A stretch of 64,000 nucleotides of DNA from an uncultured Bacteroidota bacterium (GCA_963770945.1 CAVYRP010000002.1:381778-445777), one strand, 5' to 3'; shown: positions 45,065-56,650, counted from the first letter of the stretch. The notes: generated by a model from the sequence alone, not told the origin. Translations and numbers: made by a program.

Positions 45065-46727
45065 TCAGCTTTTTTCCAATTGTAAGGTTTTTGTCGTTGC
45101 ATCACATACTTCACTCGGTCCGAAGTATTGTATCGGACCCGGGAAAACATAAGAAGTCTTTACAGACCATTCCCCTCTGTTTTTTGCAAATTCTTTAAAT
45201 GGTTTGCCGTCCAATTTCACCAATGCTTTCTGAATGACAGGTTTCATATGGCCGTGTCTTTTTTCCATGTTCATCATCATGGTAATCGGAACGCCTCCTG
45301 CAATCCATTTCTCAGCCGGAGCGGTAAGATTTCGAACCGATGCCATATAACCCGTCTTTCCTGATCCGATGATTACCGCTGCAGTGTAACCCAAAGAATA
45401 AGTATAGTCGGCATCAAAATTAGATGGTGCCGCACAGCGGCCTTCGTATCCGAAGAAATTAGGCAGCGCGGTAAATTTTCCTTTAAATTTTCCTTCGATT
45501 TTCCATTCTTTCAGTTTTTCTTCGACCATCTCGATCAGCAGTTTTTCTGTCTCAATACGTGAGACCTGCACATTTCCGTGCGGATCGCGGTCCATTAAGA
45601 GCTGAATTTGTATCTCTTTCGGCAGCGAGTTAAATGCTTTTGTCGAGTCGGCGCTGATATGACTGTTAATGAACTGGAATTTTTCATCGTCAGTTTCCAG
45701 TACATTGAAAATCGCCGCCTTATGAGCAATTACGTCGTTAATTTCCGATATGAGTTTTTTTATCTCCGGAACAAATTCAATCAGGCCTTCAGGTATCAAA
45801 CACACACCGAAATTTTCATTATTATCGGAACGTGTTTTAATAACCCTGGCGATATCTTCGACAATCTGGTCCATTGTCAATTTCTTTTCCTGTACTTCTT
45901 CCGAAATAATGGCATAATTCGGACGGGTCTGAAGGACACATTCAAGCGTAATGTGTGAAGCGGAACGTCCCATCAATTTTATGAAATGCCAGTATTTTTT
46001 TGCAGATAATGCATCACGTTCAATATTGCCGATAAGCTCGGAATATACCTTGCAAGCCGTATCAAATCCGAAAGATGCTTCTATCATTTCATTTTTTAGA
46101 TCTCCATCAATTGTCTTCGGGCAGCCTATGACCTGTACGTTTGCATTAATGGATTTATAATATTCAGCAAGCACGCAGGCATTCGTATTTGAATCATCTC
46201 CGCCTATGATCACAAGTGCGTTGATCCCAAGCTTTCTGCAATTTTCGAGGCCTTTATCAAATTGCGATTGCTCTTCCAATTTTGTCCTGCCGCTGCCGAT
46301 AATATCAAAACCTCCGGTATTTCTGTATTCTTCAATTATTTCGGCGGTGAGTTCAATATATTTTCCGTCTACCAATCCTGAAGGCCCGCCTAAGAAACCG
46401 AATAATTTACTGCTGCTGTTCAAGGCTTTTAATCCGTCAAAAAGTCCTGCAATTACATTATGTCCGCCGGGAGCCTGGCCTCCGGAAAGGATAACTCCAG
46501 CATTGATAGGCAGCCGATTTCATTGGTTTTGAACCGGATTCAATATTTAGAATTGGCAGGCCATATGTATGCGGAAACATCGTGTTGATTTCTTTTTGAT
46601 GCGCAATAGAATGAGTTGCAGAACCTTCTTTTATTAGTGAATTGCCGGTCAAATCGGCAGGTAATTTTGGCTTATAATCTGCTCTTGCTAATTGTAAAGG
46701 ACTTTTTGTCATATAATGGGATTCCAT
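45065..46727 (-). CDS. pfp: Pyrophosphate-dependent phosphofructokinase (long PFP type). Frameshift near 46440-46520.
   Basis: N-terminal piece reads ..[15 protein letters not shown]. The main body contains ..GGDDSN.. and ..MGR... Confidence 0.7.
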
Positions 46728-46929
46728 AGATTTTATTGTATTACAAGATATTTGATAATTGAATTGTTAAAATTGCTCACAGAAATGATCATTTGATGTA
46801 TTTAATTAAATCAAGAATTGGATAAAAATCCAGAAAAATAATTATATGAATATATTGCAGGCAGGAGAATATTGCTGTAGCCGGTTTTCCCGCATTTTCT
46901 GAAATTTCTTTTTGATATCGTTTAAAATA

Positions 46930-47649
46930 TCAAGCAGGCTCTTTGATAATTTTGTCGATATCTTGGATGCAGATTTTCGACCAATTCTCGAACGTTTCTA
47001 TTTTCTTCCTAAGTTCTTCCGTGTCTGCAAATTTTGTTTCGTTGATGGATTTTTCTTTCGGCTGAACGAGCGGCTTTTCTAAAGTTAAAACATGTACTAT
47101 GCCGAGATGGACTTTCCCGACATCATTTGAATCATCGTTCAGCAAGGCGACAATCCGCTGTGTGTAACGGGATTCGATATGGACCTCTTCATTGATTTCT
47201 CGTTTGAGGCCGTCTTCGTATGTAGAGCCGAATAAACCCGGATCTGTAACGGATATATGGCCGCCTACGCCCACCGAGAAGCTGCCATGCAGTCTTTTCT
47301 CTGCCAGTAATTTACCGCGCCGGTAAATAAATATTTTACCCGCACAATTCAATAAAGCATAAGGAATTAACTGTTTATAGTCAGGATTGGATTCCGCATC
47401 TTTTCTTTTAATGAAAATATGGTTCTTCGGATTATTGATTAAGTCTGAATATTTATCCAGTTCAAATGAGAGCCCTTGAAATTTGCCAATTTGATCGAGA
47501 AGCTGAGTGGGGAATACAAGAACATGCTCTTCTAAATATTTTTCGTCCGGCAATGTGTATCCTTTCCTTTGAATTTCATTTATTAAATCTTTTTCGTGCT
47601 TCTTCCAGAATCGCTGCGGTAGCAGTAGCGCCGATACGCGCGGCTCCAA
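46930..47649 (-). CDS. Hypothetical NUDIX-like hydrolase. The annotated ATG lies 74 nt inside deoC, so the true start is probably downstream.
   Basis: Contains ..GGHISVTD..GLKREINEEV. Confidence 0.35.
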   Translation of the reverse strand: MEPRVSALLLPQRFWKKHEKDLINEIQRKGYTLPDEKYLEEHVLVFPTQLLDQIGKFQGLSFELDKYSDLINNPKNHIFIKRKDAESNPDYKQLIPYALLNCAGKIFIYRRGKLLAEKRLHGSFSVGVGGHISVTDPGLFGSTYEDGLKREINEEVHIESRYTQRIVALLNDDSNDVGKVHLGIVHVLTLEKPLVQPKEKSINETKFADTEELRKKIETFENWSKICIQDIDKIIKEPA

Positions 47650-48304
47650 GATCGCGCATTTTCAAGACTTGATCCAGAGTTCGTATGCCTCCGGCTGCTT
47701 TTATTTGCACTTCTGGAGAACAGTGCCGGCGCATTAGTATTATATCATGCTCATTTGCGCCGGTATATGAATATTTACCATCGTTCCCTTTGACAAATCC
47801 GTAGCCGGTGGAGGTTTTCACAAATTCAATTTTATGTCTGGAGCAGAGTTCACACAGCTTTATTTTGTCTTCGTCACGCGTAATATAATCCGTTTCGAAA
47901 ATTACTTTTAGAAGTGCGTTGTTTTTTAGGCATATGTTATGGATCATTTTTAGTTCGTTATCGATATAATCCCAGTCGGCTTGTAAAACTTTGCCGATAT
48001 TGACAACCATATCTACCTCGTTCGCACCATCTTTAATAACCTGAAGAGTTTCCGAGGCTTTTATTTCGACAGAACTATTCCCGTGAGGAAACCCAATGAC
48101 TGCGCACACCGAGACATCTGAGCCTTTGACTATATCTGCTGCCATCCTTGTATGATAAGGTTTTACACATACCGTGGCAACATGATATTTCATTGCGATT
48201 GCACAGTTATTCTTTAAATCGTCGTCGGTAAAGACGGGATGAAGGATTGAATGATCGATCATCTTTGCTATATTCTGCACAGTAATTTCTGAATTGTTTT
48301 TCAT
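47576..48304 (-). CDS. deoC: Deoxyribose-phosphate aldolase (second paralogue).
   Basis: Contains ..IDHSILHP...VCVKPY...DMVVNIG...FVKTSTGY. Confidence 0.8.
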   Translation of the reverse strand: MKNNSEITVQNIAKMIDHSILHPVFTDDDLKNNCAIAMKYHVATVCVKPYHTRMAADIVKGSDVSVCAVIGFPHGNSSVEIKASETLQVIKDGANEVDMVVNIGKVLQADWDYIDNELKMIHNICLKNNALLKVIFETDYITRDEDKIKLCELCSRHKIEFVKTSTGYGFVKGNDGKYSYTGANEHDIILMRRHCSPEVQIKAAGGIRTLDQVLKMRDLGAARIGATATAAILEEARKRFNK

Positions 48305-48349
48305 TATGTTGCGATATCGATCTGTAAATTTCTAATTTATTAATATACA

Positions 48350-48384
48350 TAAAAAATCCCCTTGAAATTAAGGGGACTTTTTTA
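48350..48384 (-). terminator. Intrinsic terminator after pfkA, with a run on both sides.
   Basis: aaaaaa-tcccctt-gaaatt-aagggga-cttttttt. Confidence 0.6.
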
Positions 48385-48405
48385 CTGTTAAGTTTTTAAA
48401 ACAAT

Positions 48406-49563
48406 TTAGTATAAGAACATAGGTTTACCAAGCAGGTGTGCAACCTTTGGCCGGTATTTCTCGATATCATATAATTCTTCCACATCGACACACTTTTTTC
48501 CTTCGGTAATCATGCTGGCCGAAATAGTAGTGTATTTACCGTCGCGCAATGCAACCATTCGTCCGGATTTTCTCTGTATTAATGAATCAGCAGCAAGATA
48601 CCCGTAGGTAGTGGCTACCATTCTGTCGAGAGCATCGGGTGCACCGCCGCGCATCAAATATCCGAGCTGCTGGACCATTACTCCTACTCCGGATCTCTTC
48701 TCAATTTCACTCCCGATATATTGTCCGATGCCTCCGAGTTTTTTATGACCGTATGCATCAGCTTCTCCAGTAAAAGACATTTCACCGCCTAAAGGTTTTG
48801 CCCCTTCTGAGACAGTCATAATGGCATAGTTGCTTGGATTATCTTTGCGATCTTCGACGAGCAGCCTTACAAGTTTATCGATATCGAATTCCACTTCCGA
48901 AATTATTGCACGGTCGACACCGGCGAGGTATGCCGAGATAAGCGAGGTTTCCCCGGAATTGCGGCCGAATAATTCTATAACGCCGATTCGTTCGTGCGAA
49001 CCGGCCGGCGTACGCATAGAATTAATGAATTCAACACTTCGTGTAACCGCTGTGGAAAAACCGATGCAGTAATCGGTTCCATATACATCGTTATCCATTG
49101 TTTTCGGAATACAGACGATAGGCACACCTTCCTTATGAAGACGTACTGCATAACTTAATGTATCGTCACCGCCGATAGCGATGAGCCCGTCCAGATGAAG
49201 GTGTTCGATTACGCGAAGCGAATGAGAAGTACAATCGGCAGGTTCTGTACCGCCTATGTGTTCGAATTTACCCTTTAAAAATTCCGGCATATCCTTTGGA
49301 CGTACTTTGCCGGGATTAGTGCGTGAAGTATGCAGAAACGTTCCGCCTGTTCGATCGATCGTTCTAACAACGGTTTTTGTCAATGGGAGAATAATATCTT
49401 CATGAGTTTTCGGATCATCCGGATTGTAATTAAGCAGACCGCCCCAGCCTCTCTTTATTCCGAATATTTCATATCCTTCATCGAGGATCCTTGTTGAAGC
49501 GGCTTTCATGCACGCATTCAATCCGGGTACGTCTCCCCCTCCAGTTAAAATGCCTATACGCAT
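48406..49563 (-). CDS. pfkA: 6-phosphofructokinase (PfkA family).
   Basis: N-terminus reads [17 protein letters not shown]. Contains ..GGDDT.. and ..GYLMRGG. Confidence 0.8.
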   Translation of the reverse strand: MRIGILTGGGDVPGLNACMKAASTRILDEGYEIFGIKRGWGGLLNYNPDDPKTHEDIILPLTKTVVRTIDRTGGTFLHTSRTNPGKVRPKDMPEFLKGKFEHIGGTEPADCTSHSLRVIEHLHLDGLIAIGGDDTLSYAVRLHKEGVPIVCIPKTMDNDVYGTDYCIGFSTAVTRSVEFINSMRTPAGSHERIGVIELFGRNSGETSLISAYLAGVDRAIISEVEFDIDKLVRLLVEDRKDNPSNYAIMTVSEGAKPLGGEMSFTGEADAYGHKKLGGIGQYIGSEIEKRSGVGVMVQQLGYLMRGGAPDALDRMVATTYGYLAADSLIQRKSGRMVALRDGKYTTISASMITEGKKCVDVEELYDIEKYRPKVAHLLGKPMFLY

Positions 49564-49707
49564 TGTCTATTATCCTTTCTAAGAGAAGAAAACGATTACG
49601 TCAATCCTGAAAATATTTACTTTAACTAATAATATCGACAATTAGATAAAATATCCGGACAGGCAGGAAAAAGAAAGTAAATGTCCCGGCGATCTTTTTC
49701 ATGAGTC

Positions 49708-50733
49708 CTAAGAATTTACTGAATATCTTTTTTGAACAGCAGGGATCAAATACTCAGAAAATGCCCGATCCAGCGAAAATTCCGGCTTCCAATCCCAATC
49801 GCAGCGCGCTGCCGTATCGTTTACATCTGCGGGCCAGCTGTCAATAATTGCCTGCCGCCTGTAATCCAATACAAATTTAACATTGGTATTTGGAAATGCT
49901 CTTTGAAGAATCTGAGAAATTTCCAATGCCGACGGATTGAATGCTCCGACATTATAGACAGCCTGCGTAAGCTTTTCAAACGGAGCAGCTTGAAGTTTCA
50001 GCAGTGCGGTAATTGCATCCGGCATTACCATAAACGGAATACGCGCATCTTCACGCACGAAACATTCATATTCCAATTTTTTCGCTGCCATATGCAGCAT
50101 TTCAGGGGCGAAGTCGCTGGTCCCGCCGGTCGGCATAGTAACAGCGCTGATTAGGCCGGGAAACCGAATTCCGCGGAAATCAATTTGTCCCTTCGGCGGT
50201 TCGGCATCGAGCTGGCGATAGTAATTGGCATAATATCTGCCGAGTTGTTCGTTGTATAATTTATTAATTCCATACATTGTTCGCGGTAAAAGCCACTGGT
50301 CTTCTTTTATTTTACCTGCTTTTTGTTTTGTCCCTAAATCAGGAAGGCCATATACAGCGATGGAGCTTGGATAGATGAACTTGATCCTGCGGCCCTGCAA
50401 ACGTGATTGTGTGACGGTAATTTCAAGAAGGTTCAATGTTCCATCGACATTTACATGGTGCGCAAGAGTCGGCTGGCGTTCTGCCCGTGTGGAAAGCAGC
50501 GCTGCAAGATGGTAAATGGTATCGAAATCATGTCCGGTCGAAAGTGTCTCGAGGAGATGAGCATCCAGAATATCACCGGTAACGATATGATGACATCGAG
50601 CTTTTACCCCGTCGTCGATGGGTACAATGTCCATTGCGATAATGTGAATATCGCCGCATTCGGAAAGATGTTCGATCAGTCCATGGCCGATTTCGCCGTT
50701 TGCTCCTGTAATGAGAATAGTTTTATTTGACAT
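49708..50733 (-). CDS. NAD-dependent epimerase/dehydratase-family L-threonine 3-dehydrogenase-like protein.
   Basis: Contains ILITGANGEIGHGL...YGINK. Confidence 0.6.
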   Translation of the reverse strand: MSNKTILITGANGEIGHGLIEHLSECGDIHIIAMDIVPIDDGVKARCHHIVTGDILDAHLLETLSTGHDFDTIYHLAALLSTRAERQPTLAHHVNVDGTLNLLEITVTQSRLQGRRIKFIYPSSIAVYGLPDLGTKQKAGKIKEDQWLLPRTMYGINKLYNEQLGRYYANYYRQLDAEPPKGQIDFRGIRFPGLISAVTMPTGGTSDFAPEMLHMAAKKLEYECFVREDARIPFMVMPDAITALLKLQAAPFEKLTQAVYNVGAFNPSALEISQILQRAFPNTNVKFVLDYRRQAIIDSWPADVNDTAARCDWDWKPEFSLDRAFSEYLIPAVQKRYSVNS

Positions 50734-50750
50734 AGAATCTTCGAAGAAAT

Positions 50751-50954
50751 TCAGTGTTTGTGGTGCGCCGCCGGTCTTATTTGTTCAGCGTTCTCTAGTT
50801 TGCCTGTAAGTTTCTGCGGTGCATGGATAAGTGTAGGCAGACATTGTGAACAAATCCACACATCGTCTCCGTTATAATGCATATGCAGCAGCGGAGTCTC
50901 TCGGTCAGATTGTTCGCAATTCAAACAGCGCAATAATGATTTTGATGAACTCAT
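50751..50954 (-). CDS. Small dual-CxxC zinc-ribbon protein.
   Basis: 67 aa. Contains C10xxC13 ... C35xxC38. Confidence 0.4.
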   Translation of the reverse strand: MSSSKSLLRCLNCEQSDRETPLLHMHYNGDDVWICSQCLPTLIHAPQKLTGKLENAEQIRPAAHHKH

Positions 50955-50984
50955 ATGTGTTCCTTTATGACTATTTTAAATTTA

Positions 50985-51638
50985 CTATTCAGGCGCGATC
51001 ATTGTTTTGCCGCCCGGAGCAGGAATAGATCGAGGTGTTTTGATAGACTGAAACTGGTCGATAAGTTTAAGGGCTTCATTGAGAAGTTCGCCGAGTGAAT
51101 TCAAGGTGTCAACTGCGTCAGTGGATTTTGATAGATTCGGATTTTCGAGAAGAATTTGAAGATATAATTTTGCAGCGGCAATCGGATTACCGATCTTATC
51201 AGCGACGGAAAGCGCCATTTCCAAAACTGTTAACCGTTTCGTTTCCTCTGTAATCCGTTCTTCCAGAGTACGAAAACGCAGTCCAGGACGAATCCGTGCT
51301 AATAACTCCTCTATATTAAATGGTTTTATAAGATAATCGTCAGCGCCGGCATCAAGACCTTGGACAATATTTTCGGTTCCTGATCGACCTGTGAGCATAA
51401 TAATATAACGATTGCCATGTGCAGGGTCTTTTTTGACAAGTTTAGTAAAATCGATTCCGCTCATGCCGGGCATCTCCCAGTCAAGAAGAATGATACCCGG
51501 TTGAGACTGCTCCATTTTTTTCCAGCCCGTTTCAGGATCCGGTGCGGTTATAACAGCATACCCATGCTGCTTTAAACCAATTTGTAAAGTCGTCACGAAA
51601 TTGGCATCGTCATCGATAAGAAGCAGCGTATTCGGCAT
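50985..51638 (-). CDS. Response regulator (receiver domain plus an about 90-aa C-terminal domain of unknown function).
   Basis: Contains LLIDDD...LLDWEMPGMSG... Confidence 0.6.
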   Translation of the reverse strand: MPNTLLLIDDDANFVTTLQIGLKQHGYAVITAPDPETGWKKMEQSQPGIILLDWEMPGMSGIDFTKLVKKDPAHGNRYIIMLTGRSGTENIVQGLDAGADDYLIKPFNIEELLARIRPGLRFRTLEERITEETKRLTVLEMALSVADKIGNPIAAAKLYLQILLENPNLSKSTDAVDTLNSLGELLNEALKLIDQFQSIKTPRSIPAPGGKTMIAPE

Positions 51639-51763
51639 TACATAAATCCTTCCCAGCTCAGATTTTCAAATGGAGATAGAACAATACTAACCTGAACAAG
51701 CTAACAATTTGCCTGTAAAATCGCAATTATTTCAGGAATTCTATAATATAACTAAATCTATAA

Positions 51764-51800
51764 GTGAAAAAGTGCAAGGTAATCTTAGTGTACCTTGCAC
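51764..51800 (-). terminator. Intrinsic terminator after the SPFH gene.
   Basis: 10-bp stem gtgcaaggta / taccttgcac with a T-run on the minus strand. Confidence 0.6.
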
Positions 51801-51810
51801 TCAGATCATT

Positions 51811-52692
51811 CTACTTCTTTATTGGCAGAACACCGCCGGCTAATTCACCGATAACATTAACAAGCTCGGCATTAGCCGGGACTACAATTTTGGAATTCTT
51901 TTCAAGCGACCGCTGAACAGTTTCAAGCCGTTTTAAAAGCTGAGCATTTCCTACAAAGAATTTATTTGCTGCTTCGTTTACTAACCGGATGGCTTCAGCT
52001 TCGCCTTCTGCTGCGAGTATCCGGGCCTGACGTATTCCTTCCGCTTCTTTGATCGCAGACCGTTTTTTCCCGTCTGCTTCCGTCTCCGCTGCCGTAGCAA
52101 AATCGACAGCAGCGAGTTTTTCATTTTCTGCTTTTACAATCTTGTTCATCGTTTCCTGGACATCTTTCGGCGGGTCAATCTGCTTCAGCTCTGCCCTGAC
52201 AATATCGATGCCCCAATTCGCTGTTTCCTGGATTAATATTTTATGCAGGTCTTCATTGATTCGTCCCCGCTCGCTGTTGGCGGATTTTAAAGTCATTGTG
52301 CCGATAATATTTCTCAACGTTGTGCGGGCAAGATTCACAATCTGAAAGTTGACATTGTTCACTTTATATTGCGAGTTTTTGACATTTTGCTCGTCATCTT
52401 TCACTTTAAAATATACCTGTGCGTCTACTACCGCATTTAAATTGTCGTTAGTAATAATTTCCTGCGGTTCCGCATCAACCATTTGTTCCGTGATATTTAC
52501 CTGGTACATCTTGTCAATGATAGGAATGATCCAGTGAAAACCGGGATTTGCAAAGTGGCTGTACTTGCCAAGCCGTTCCACTAATCCGCGGTGAGTTGGA
52601 CGGATAATTCTAATTCCAATAAGAAAGATAAAGAAAACAACAATACCAACGATAATCCATCCTGCGCTGACAGTAAATCCGGCATCTTCCAT
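51811..52692 (-). CDS. SPFH/band-7 (stomatin/prohibitin-like) membrane protein.
   Basis: 293 aa. N-terminal TM helix, the SPFH core and an Ala/Glu-rich coiled-coil tail. Confidence 0.7.
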   Translation of the reverse strand: MEDAGFTVSAGWIIVGIVVFFIFLIGIRIIRPTHRGLVERLGKYSHFANPGFHWIIPIIDKMYQVNITEQMVDAEPQEIITNDNLNAVVDAQVYFKVKDDEQNVKNSQYKVNNVNFQIVNLARTTLRNIIGTMTLKSANSERGRINEDLHKILIQETANWGIDIVRAELKQIDPPKDVQETMNKIVKAENEKLAAVDFATAAETEADGKKRSAIKEAEGIRQARILAAEGEAEAIRLVNEAANKFFVGNAQLLKRLETVQRSLEKNSKIVVPANAELVNVIGELAGGVLPIKK

Positions 52693-52748
52693 TATAGTCT
52701 CCTTAAATAATTATTTTTTATGTGTCAAATATTTTAAAGTATGGTAAT

Positions 52749-54424
52749 TTACTTCACATATTCTTCAGCAAAATACTTTGCAGATAAAGGTTCACCTGTC
52801 GCTTCTTTTATTAAGGCATCCCAGCGTAAACCGGCTCCCGGAGCGAAAACTTTCGCTGCCAGGTATTTCCCGACTTCCGGTTTGTTTGCGAAACATACTT
52901 CACGCACATCGTTTTGCTTTAAAATATTCTTTGCTATATATGCCTGAAGCTGTGATGCCATCAATTCGCCGAGTTCATAATTATGATAATAAGCAGGAGA
53001 CTGTGATAAGTGAATTTTAGCAGCCCAATCCGGTGCGTTGCGCCCTTCGGGCGGTGTGACCATTTGGTATTCCTTAACCAGATTCCACCAGAGTTTGTTC
53101 AAATCCTGATCCGGATCCTCGTACATGGATTTTTCAAAACGCATCATAACCTGTGTCCATCTTGAAAAGATCAACGCATGCATGCGTAAATTTTCACGTC
53201 CTTCAATATCTATTGTTCTCTTGTCTTTTCGATTGATTCCCACCATAGTTTCCAGCCAATCAGCATTATCAACCTGGCGTTCCATCAGCATTGCGATGGC
53301 TTCCGTAGCGAAAATATGAGTTTCAGTCCTTAAAATAAACGGCAAATCATGGCGGATATTCAGGCTGTATACTCCATGACCTAATTCATGAAGCATAGTG
53401 CTCATCCAGTACTTATTATCGACGACGCTTTGCATAGTGCGGACATCACCCAGCCTGTCAATATCGTACTGAATGCATGCTGGTATTTTCCTTTGCGCCC
53501 GTAGATATCGCTGTTTTTTAGAATGTTGTCGACCGGCAAACCAATTCCCTTATAAAAAGCAACTGCAAGCTCCTCGACTTTTTTTCCTTTAAAATATTTA
53601 TCTATATCAACCGTACCTATTTTTGGCGCTTCCTGGAAAAACCTGTCTTCGTAATGCCACGGCATCATATTTTCCGGTTTTATTCCGTATTTCTTAGAGA
53701 GTTTTATATCGATTTCGTTTTTTAATTTCTTATACGGCTCATCCGTAAGTTTTTTTAGCTCGTCAAATATTGCAGTGATCTCTTCGACGCTTTGCTCGGA
53801 GGCGATAAGCGACATCTCATAGTAATTCTTAAAACCTAACTGTCGGGCGGCTTCGTTGCGCAACTTGACAAGGTCTATAACGTCTGCGGCAACTGCCTGG
53901 CCGACTTCTTTGCTTGCTTCCCATACTTTTTTCCGCTCTGCAGAGTTATTCTCTTTTTTTAGAATTCCTTCTATTTCGTTATCATCTATTTCTTTGCCGT
54001 CTAAAACAGGCCGGAAGACATTAAACTTATTTTGTACAGCGGCTGCCTTTTCAACTATCTTCCTCATTAATGTTGTGTCGTTCTGGTTTGTGAGATAGTT
54101 ATTATAAAGTAGAATTAATTGACGTTCGAGAAGCTTATCTTTAATATTACCCGCCTCTTTCCATCTCTTGAGCTGTTCAAACTCTTTTTTGTTGGAGTAG
54201 ATTGTACGGATTTCAAGCTCGAGCGCGGCTTGTTCATCGTAATATTTCTTCTCACCGGAAGCGGCTGCATTCCAGTACGCCAGGTTCATCATCTTTAATT
54301 TTGGTTCGATAGTTTTAACATGGCTGTCAATGAACGTACGTAAATCAACTTCGTCGTTTTTCACAGTGCAATACATTAATACGAAAGCAAAAAGAAGGGG
54401 AAGAAGAAAAATGAATGGTTTCAT
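52749..54424 (-). CDS. Peptidase family M2 (angiotensin-converting-enzyme-like peptidyl-dipeptidase). Frameshift near 53420.
   Basis: Signal peptide, then ..MNLAYWNAA.. The zinc motif is HELGHGVY. The C-terminus reads ..DWAAKIHLSQSPAYYHNYELGE. Confidence 0.6.
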
Positions 54425-54697
54425 TACAACTCCGATAAATAGTTGTGATAAATGGCATTTAGAATTAAAATTGTTATCAACGGCACTTTCGGAAGTCTCT
54501 CCTTGTTAGATAATCTACTTAGAGGATTGATTAAGAGCAAGCCCTATTAGAGCATTGAAAATAGCCGGTTTTATATGCGTTTCAATCCGCTGCACGACGC
54601 TATGAAAATACAGCCGGAATCTATTTCTACGGGCTGTAATTTACGGGAGTTATAATGAGATAAAGAAATTAGTGCCGTTCAAATAGTATTTTCTAAT

Positions 54698-56134
54698 TTA
54701 TTCTTTTATAGTCTTGATAAGATTCCATAGATTCATAATATGTTTCTCGGTGGTAGCAAGATTTCCAATTGCAACACGGATCGTATATTTCCCGTGCAGT
54801 TTTGTGTGTGAGAGAAAGGCTTTGCCGGTTGCATTAACCTGGTCTATTATCTGCGTGTTCAGCTGTTCGAGCTTTACTTCGTCGGAGATTCCATGCGGAT
54901 GATATCGGAAACATACAACGCTGAAGGGAACAGGAGCGAGCAGTTCAAAATTATTATCGGTATCGATCCATGATGCAAGTTCGCGCGCCAGCCGGCAATG
55001 TTCACGAAGGTGACTAATAATTCCTTCAATACCGAAGGAGCGGATAACGAACCATAGTTTCAATGAACGAAAACGCCTGCCTAATTGTACGCCCCAATCC
55101 ATATAATTGTTAACGTTTCCTTCTGCTGTTGTAAGATAATCCGGAACCAGACTGAATGCCTGCTTTAATATGTCGACATGGCGCGTGTACAGTGCACTGC
55201 AGTCTATTGGAGTGAAGAGCCATTTATGAGGATTGGTAACAAAAGAATCAGCACGATTACAGCCGTCAAGAACATATCGCATTTCCGGCATAATTGCTGC
55301 TATACCTCCATATGCACCGTCTACATGCAGCCAGATATGTTCCCGCTGGCAAATATCGGCAATTGCCGGAATCGGATCAATACTGGTACTGGAAGTCGTC
55401 CCGACTGTCGCAACGACTGCAAACGGAAGCCATCCGTTCTTTCTATCTTCCTTAATTGCAGCAGCAAGCGCTTTTATATCCATTTTATATTCTGCATCTG
55501 ATTGAATTTTTCTTACGCCATCCTGACCCACGCCGAGTACAATGGCGGCTTTTTCTACTGATGAATGTGTTTGATCCGAACAATATAATTTGAGCTTTGG
55601 AATGTCTGTACGTCCTGCTAATCCTTCTTCGCGTATCCGCATGTGAATTGATTCACGTGCGGCCGCAAGGGCCACAAGGTTTGAAGCAGATCCGCAGTCT
55701 GTGATAACTCCGCGAAAATCCGGGGGTAGTCCGAGCATTTGCCTGAGCCAGTCAAGAACGACTTCCTCTAGTTCTGTAGCAGACGGCGAAGTCCGCCAGA
55801 GCATGCCATTTACATTCAAAGCCGCACTCAACATTTCACCGAGTATACCAGGAGCGGAACCTGTAATTGAGAAGTATGCATGGAAATTAGGATGGTTCCA
55901 GTGCGTCATACCTGGAAGAATAATACGGTTGAAATCATCAAGAATCTTATCCATTTTTTCCGGTGACAATGGGGGGGAATCGGGTAATTGTTTTTTAATG
56001 TCGCCTGGTTTTATATTCGGATATACAGGATACTTTTCAGTGTCCTTCAGATAGTCGGCGATCCAATCGACTACTTCTTTGCCGTACTTGCGGAAATCTT
56101 CAGGATCCATTCTGTTTAAATTCTTATTTTCCAT
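54698..56134 (-). CDS. Pyridoxal-dependent aromatic L-amino-acid / tyrosine decarboxylase (group II).
   Basis: 478 aa. Contains ..HWNHPNFHAYF.. Confidence 0.7.
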   Translation of the reverse strand: MENKNLNRMDPEDFRKYGKEVVDWIADYLKDTEKYPVYPNIKPGDIKKQLPDSPPLSPEKMDKILDDFNRIILPGMTHWNHPNFHAYFSITGSAPGILGEMLSAALNVNGMLWRTSPSATELEEVVLDWLRQMLGLPPDFRGVITDCGSASNLVALAAARESIHMRIREEGLAGRTDIPKLKLYCSDQTHSSVEKAAIVLGVGQDGVRKIQSDAEYKMDIKALAAAIKEDRKNGWLPFAVVATVGTTSSTSIDPIPAIADICQREHIWLHVDGAYGGIAAIMPEMRYVLDGCNRADSFVTNPHKWLFTPIDCSALYTRHVDILKQAFSLVPDYLTTAEGNVNNYMDWGVQLGRRFRSLKLWFVIRSFGIEGIISHLREHCRLARELASWIDTDNNFELLAPVPFSVVCFRYHPHGISDEVKLEQLNTQIIDQVNATGKAFLSHTKLHGKYTIRVAIGNLATTEKHIMNLWNLIKTIKE

Positions 56135-56173
56135 TTTCTGTTTCTTCGTAGCTGATTTGTGATGTCGAATAAT

Positions 56174-56650
56174 TCATTTCACTTCCTTCGGTGGTCCGTC
56201 GGGATTACCCGTATCGAGCACTATTTTCCACGAGCCGTCCGGTTGTTTCTTCCAGGTAGATGTATAAGTGCCTGTGGATTTCATCAGCTTGTGTTGTTTG
56301 TTTTTGTGCAGTCTCTCCCATCTGCCAATGGTATAACCTATAACTCCCGGAATCATAACTTCAGCTTTCATTGGCTGCCAGCGAAGAGAAAAACTTGTAT
56401 CGCTGAATGCCGGTTCCATAGCTTTCCGTATTTCTTCCAGCCCGGTAATCGGCTTGGTTGTATCGCTCAGCATAGAACCATTTGGCGCAAAGTAGGCAAC
56501 CCAGCCTTCAACTCCTTTTTCAGCGGTAGCTTTGTCAAAATCACGGTCCAGCTGTAAAAGAAGCGCAGCTTCATCGATTTTTTCCTGTGCTTGAATTACT
56601 CCCATTTGAAGAATAAAATAAAGACCGATGAGTAGAATCATTTTTTTCAT
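56174..56650 (-). CDS. SnoaL-like / DUF4440 secreted protein.
   Basis: Signal peptide plus an NTF2-like fold. Confidence 0.45.
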   Translation of the reverse strand: MKKMILLIGLYFILQMGVIQAQEKIDEAALLLQLDRDFDKATAEKGVEGWVAYFAPNGSMLSDTTKPITGLEEIRKAMEPAFSDTSFSLRWQPMKAEVMIPGVIGYTIGRWERLHKNKQHKLMKSTGTYTSTWKKQPDGSWKIVLDTGNPDGPPKEVK

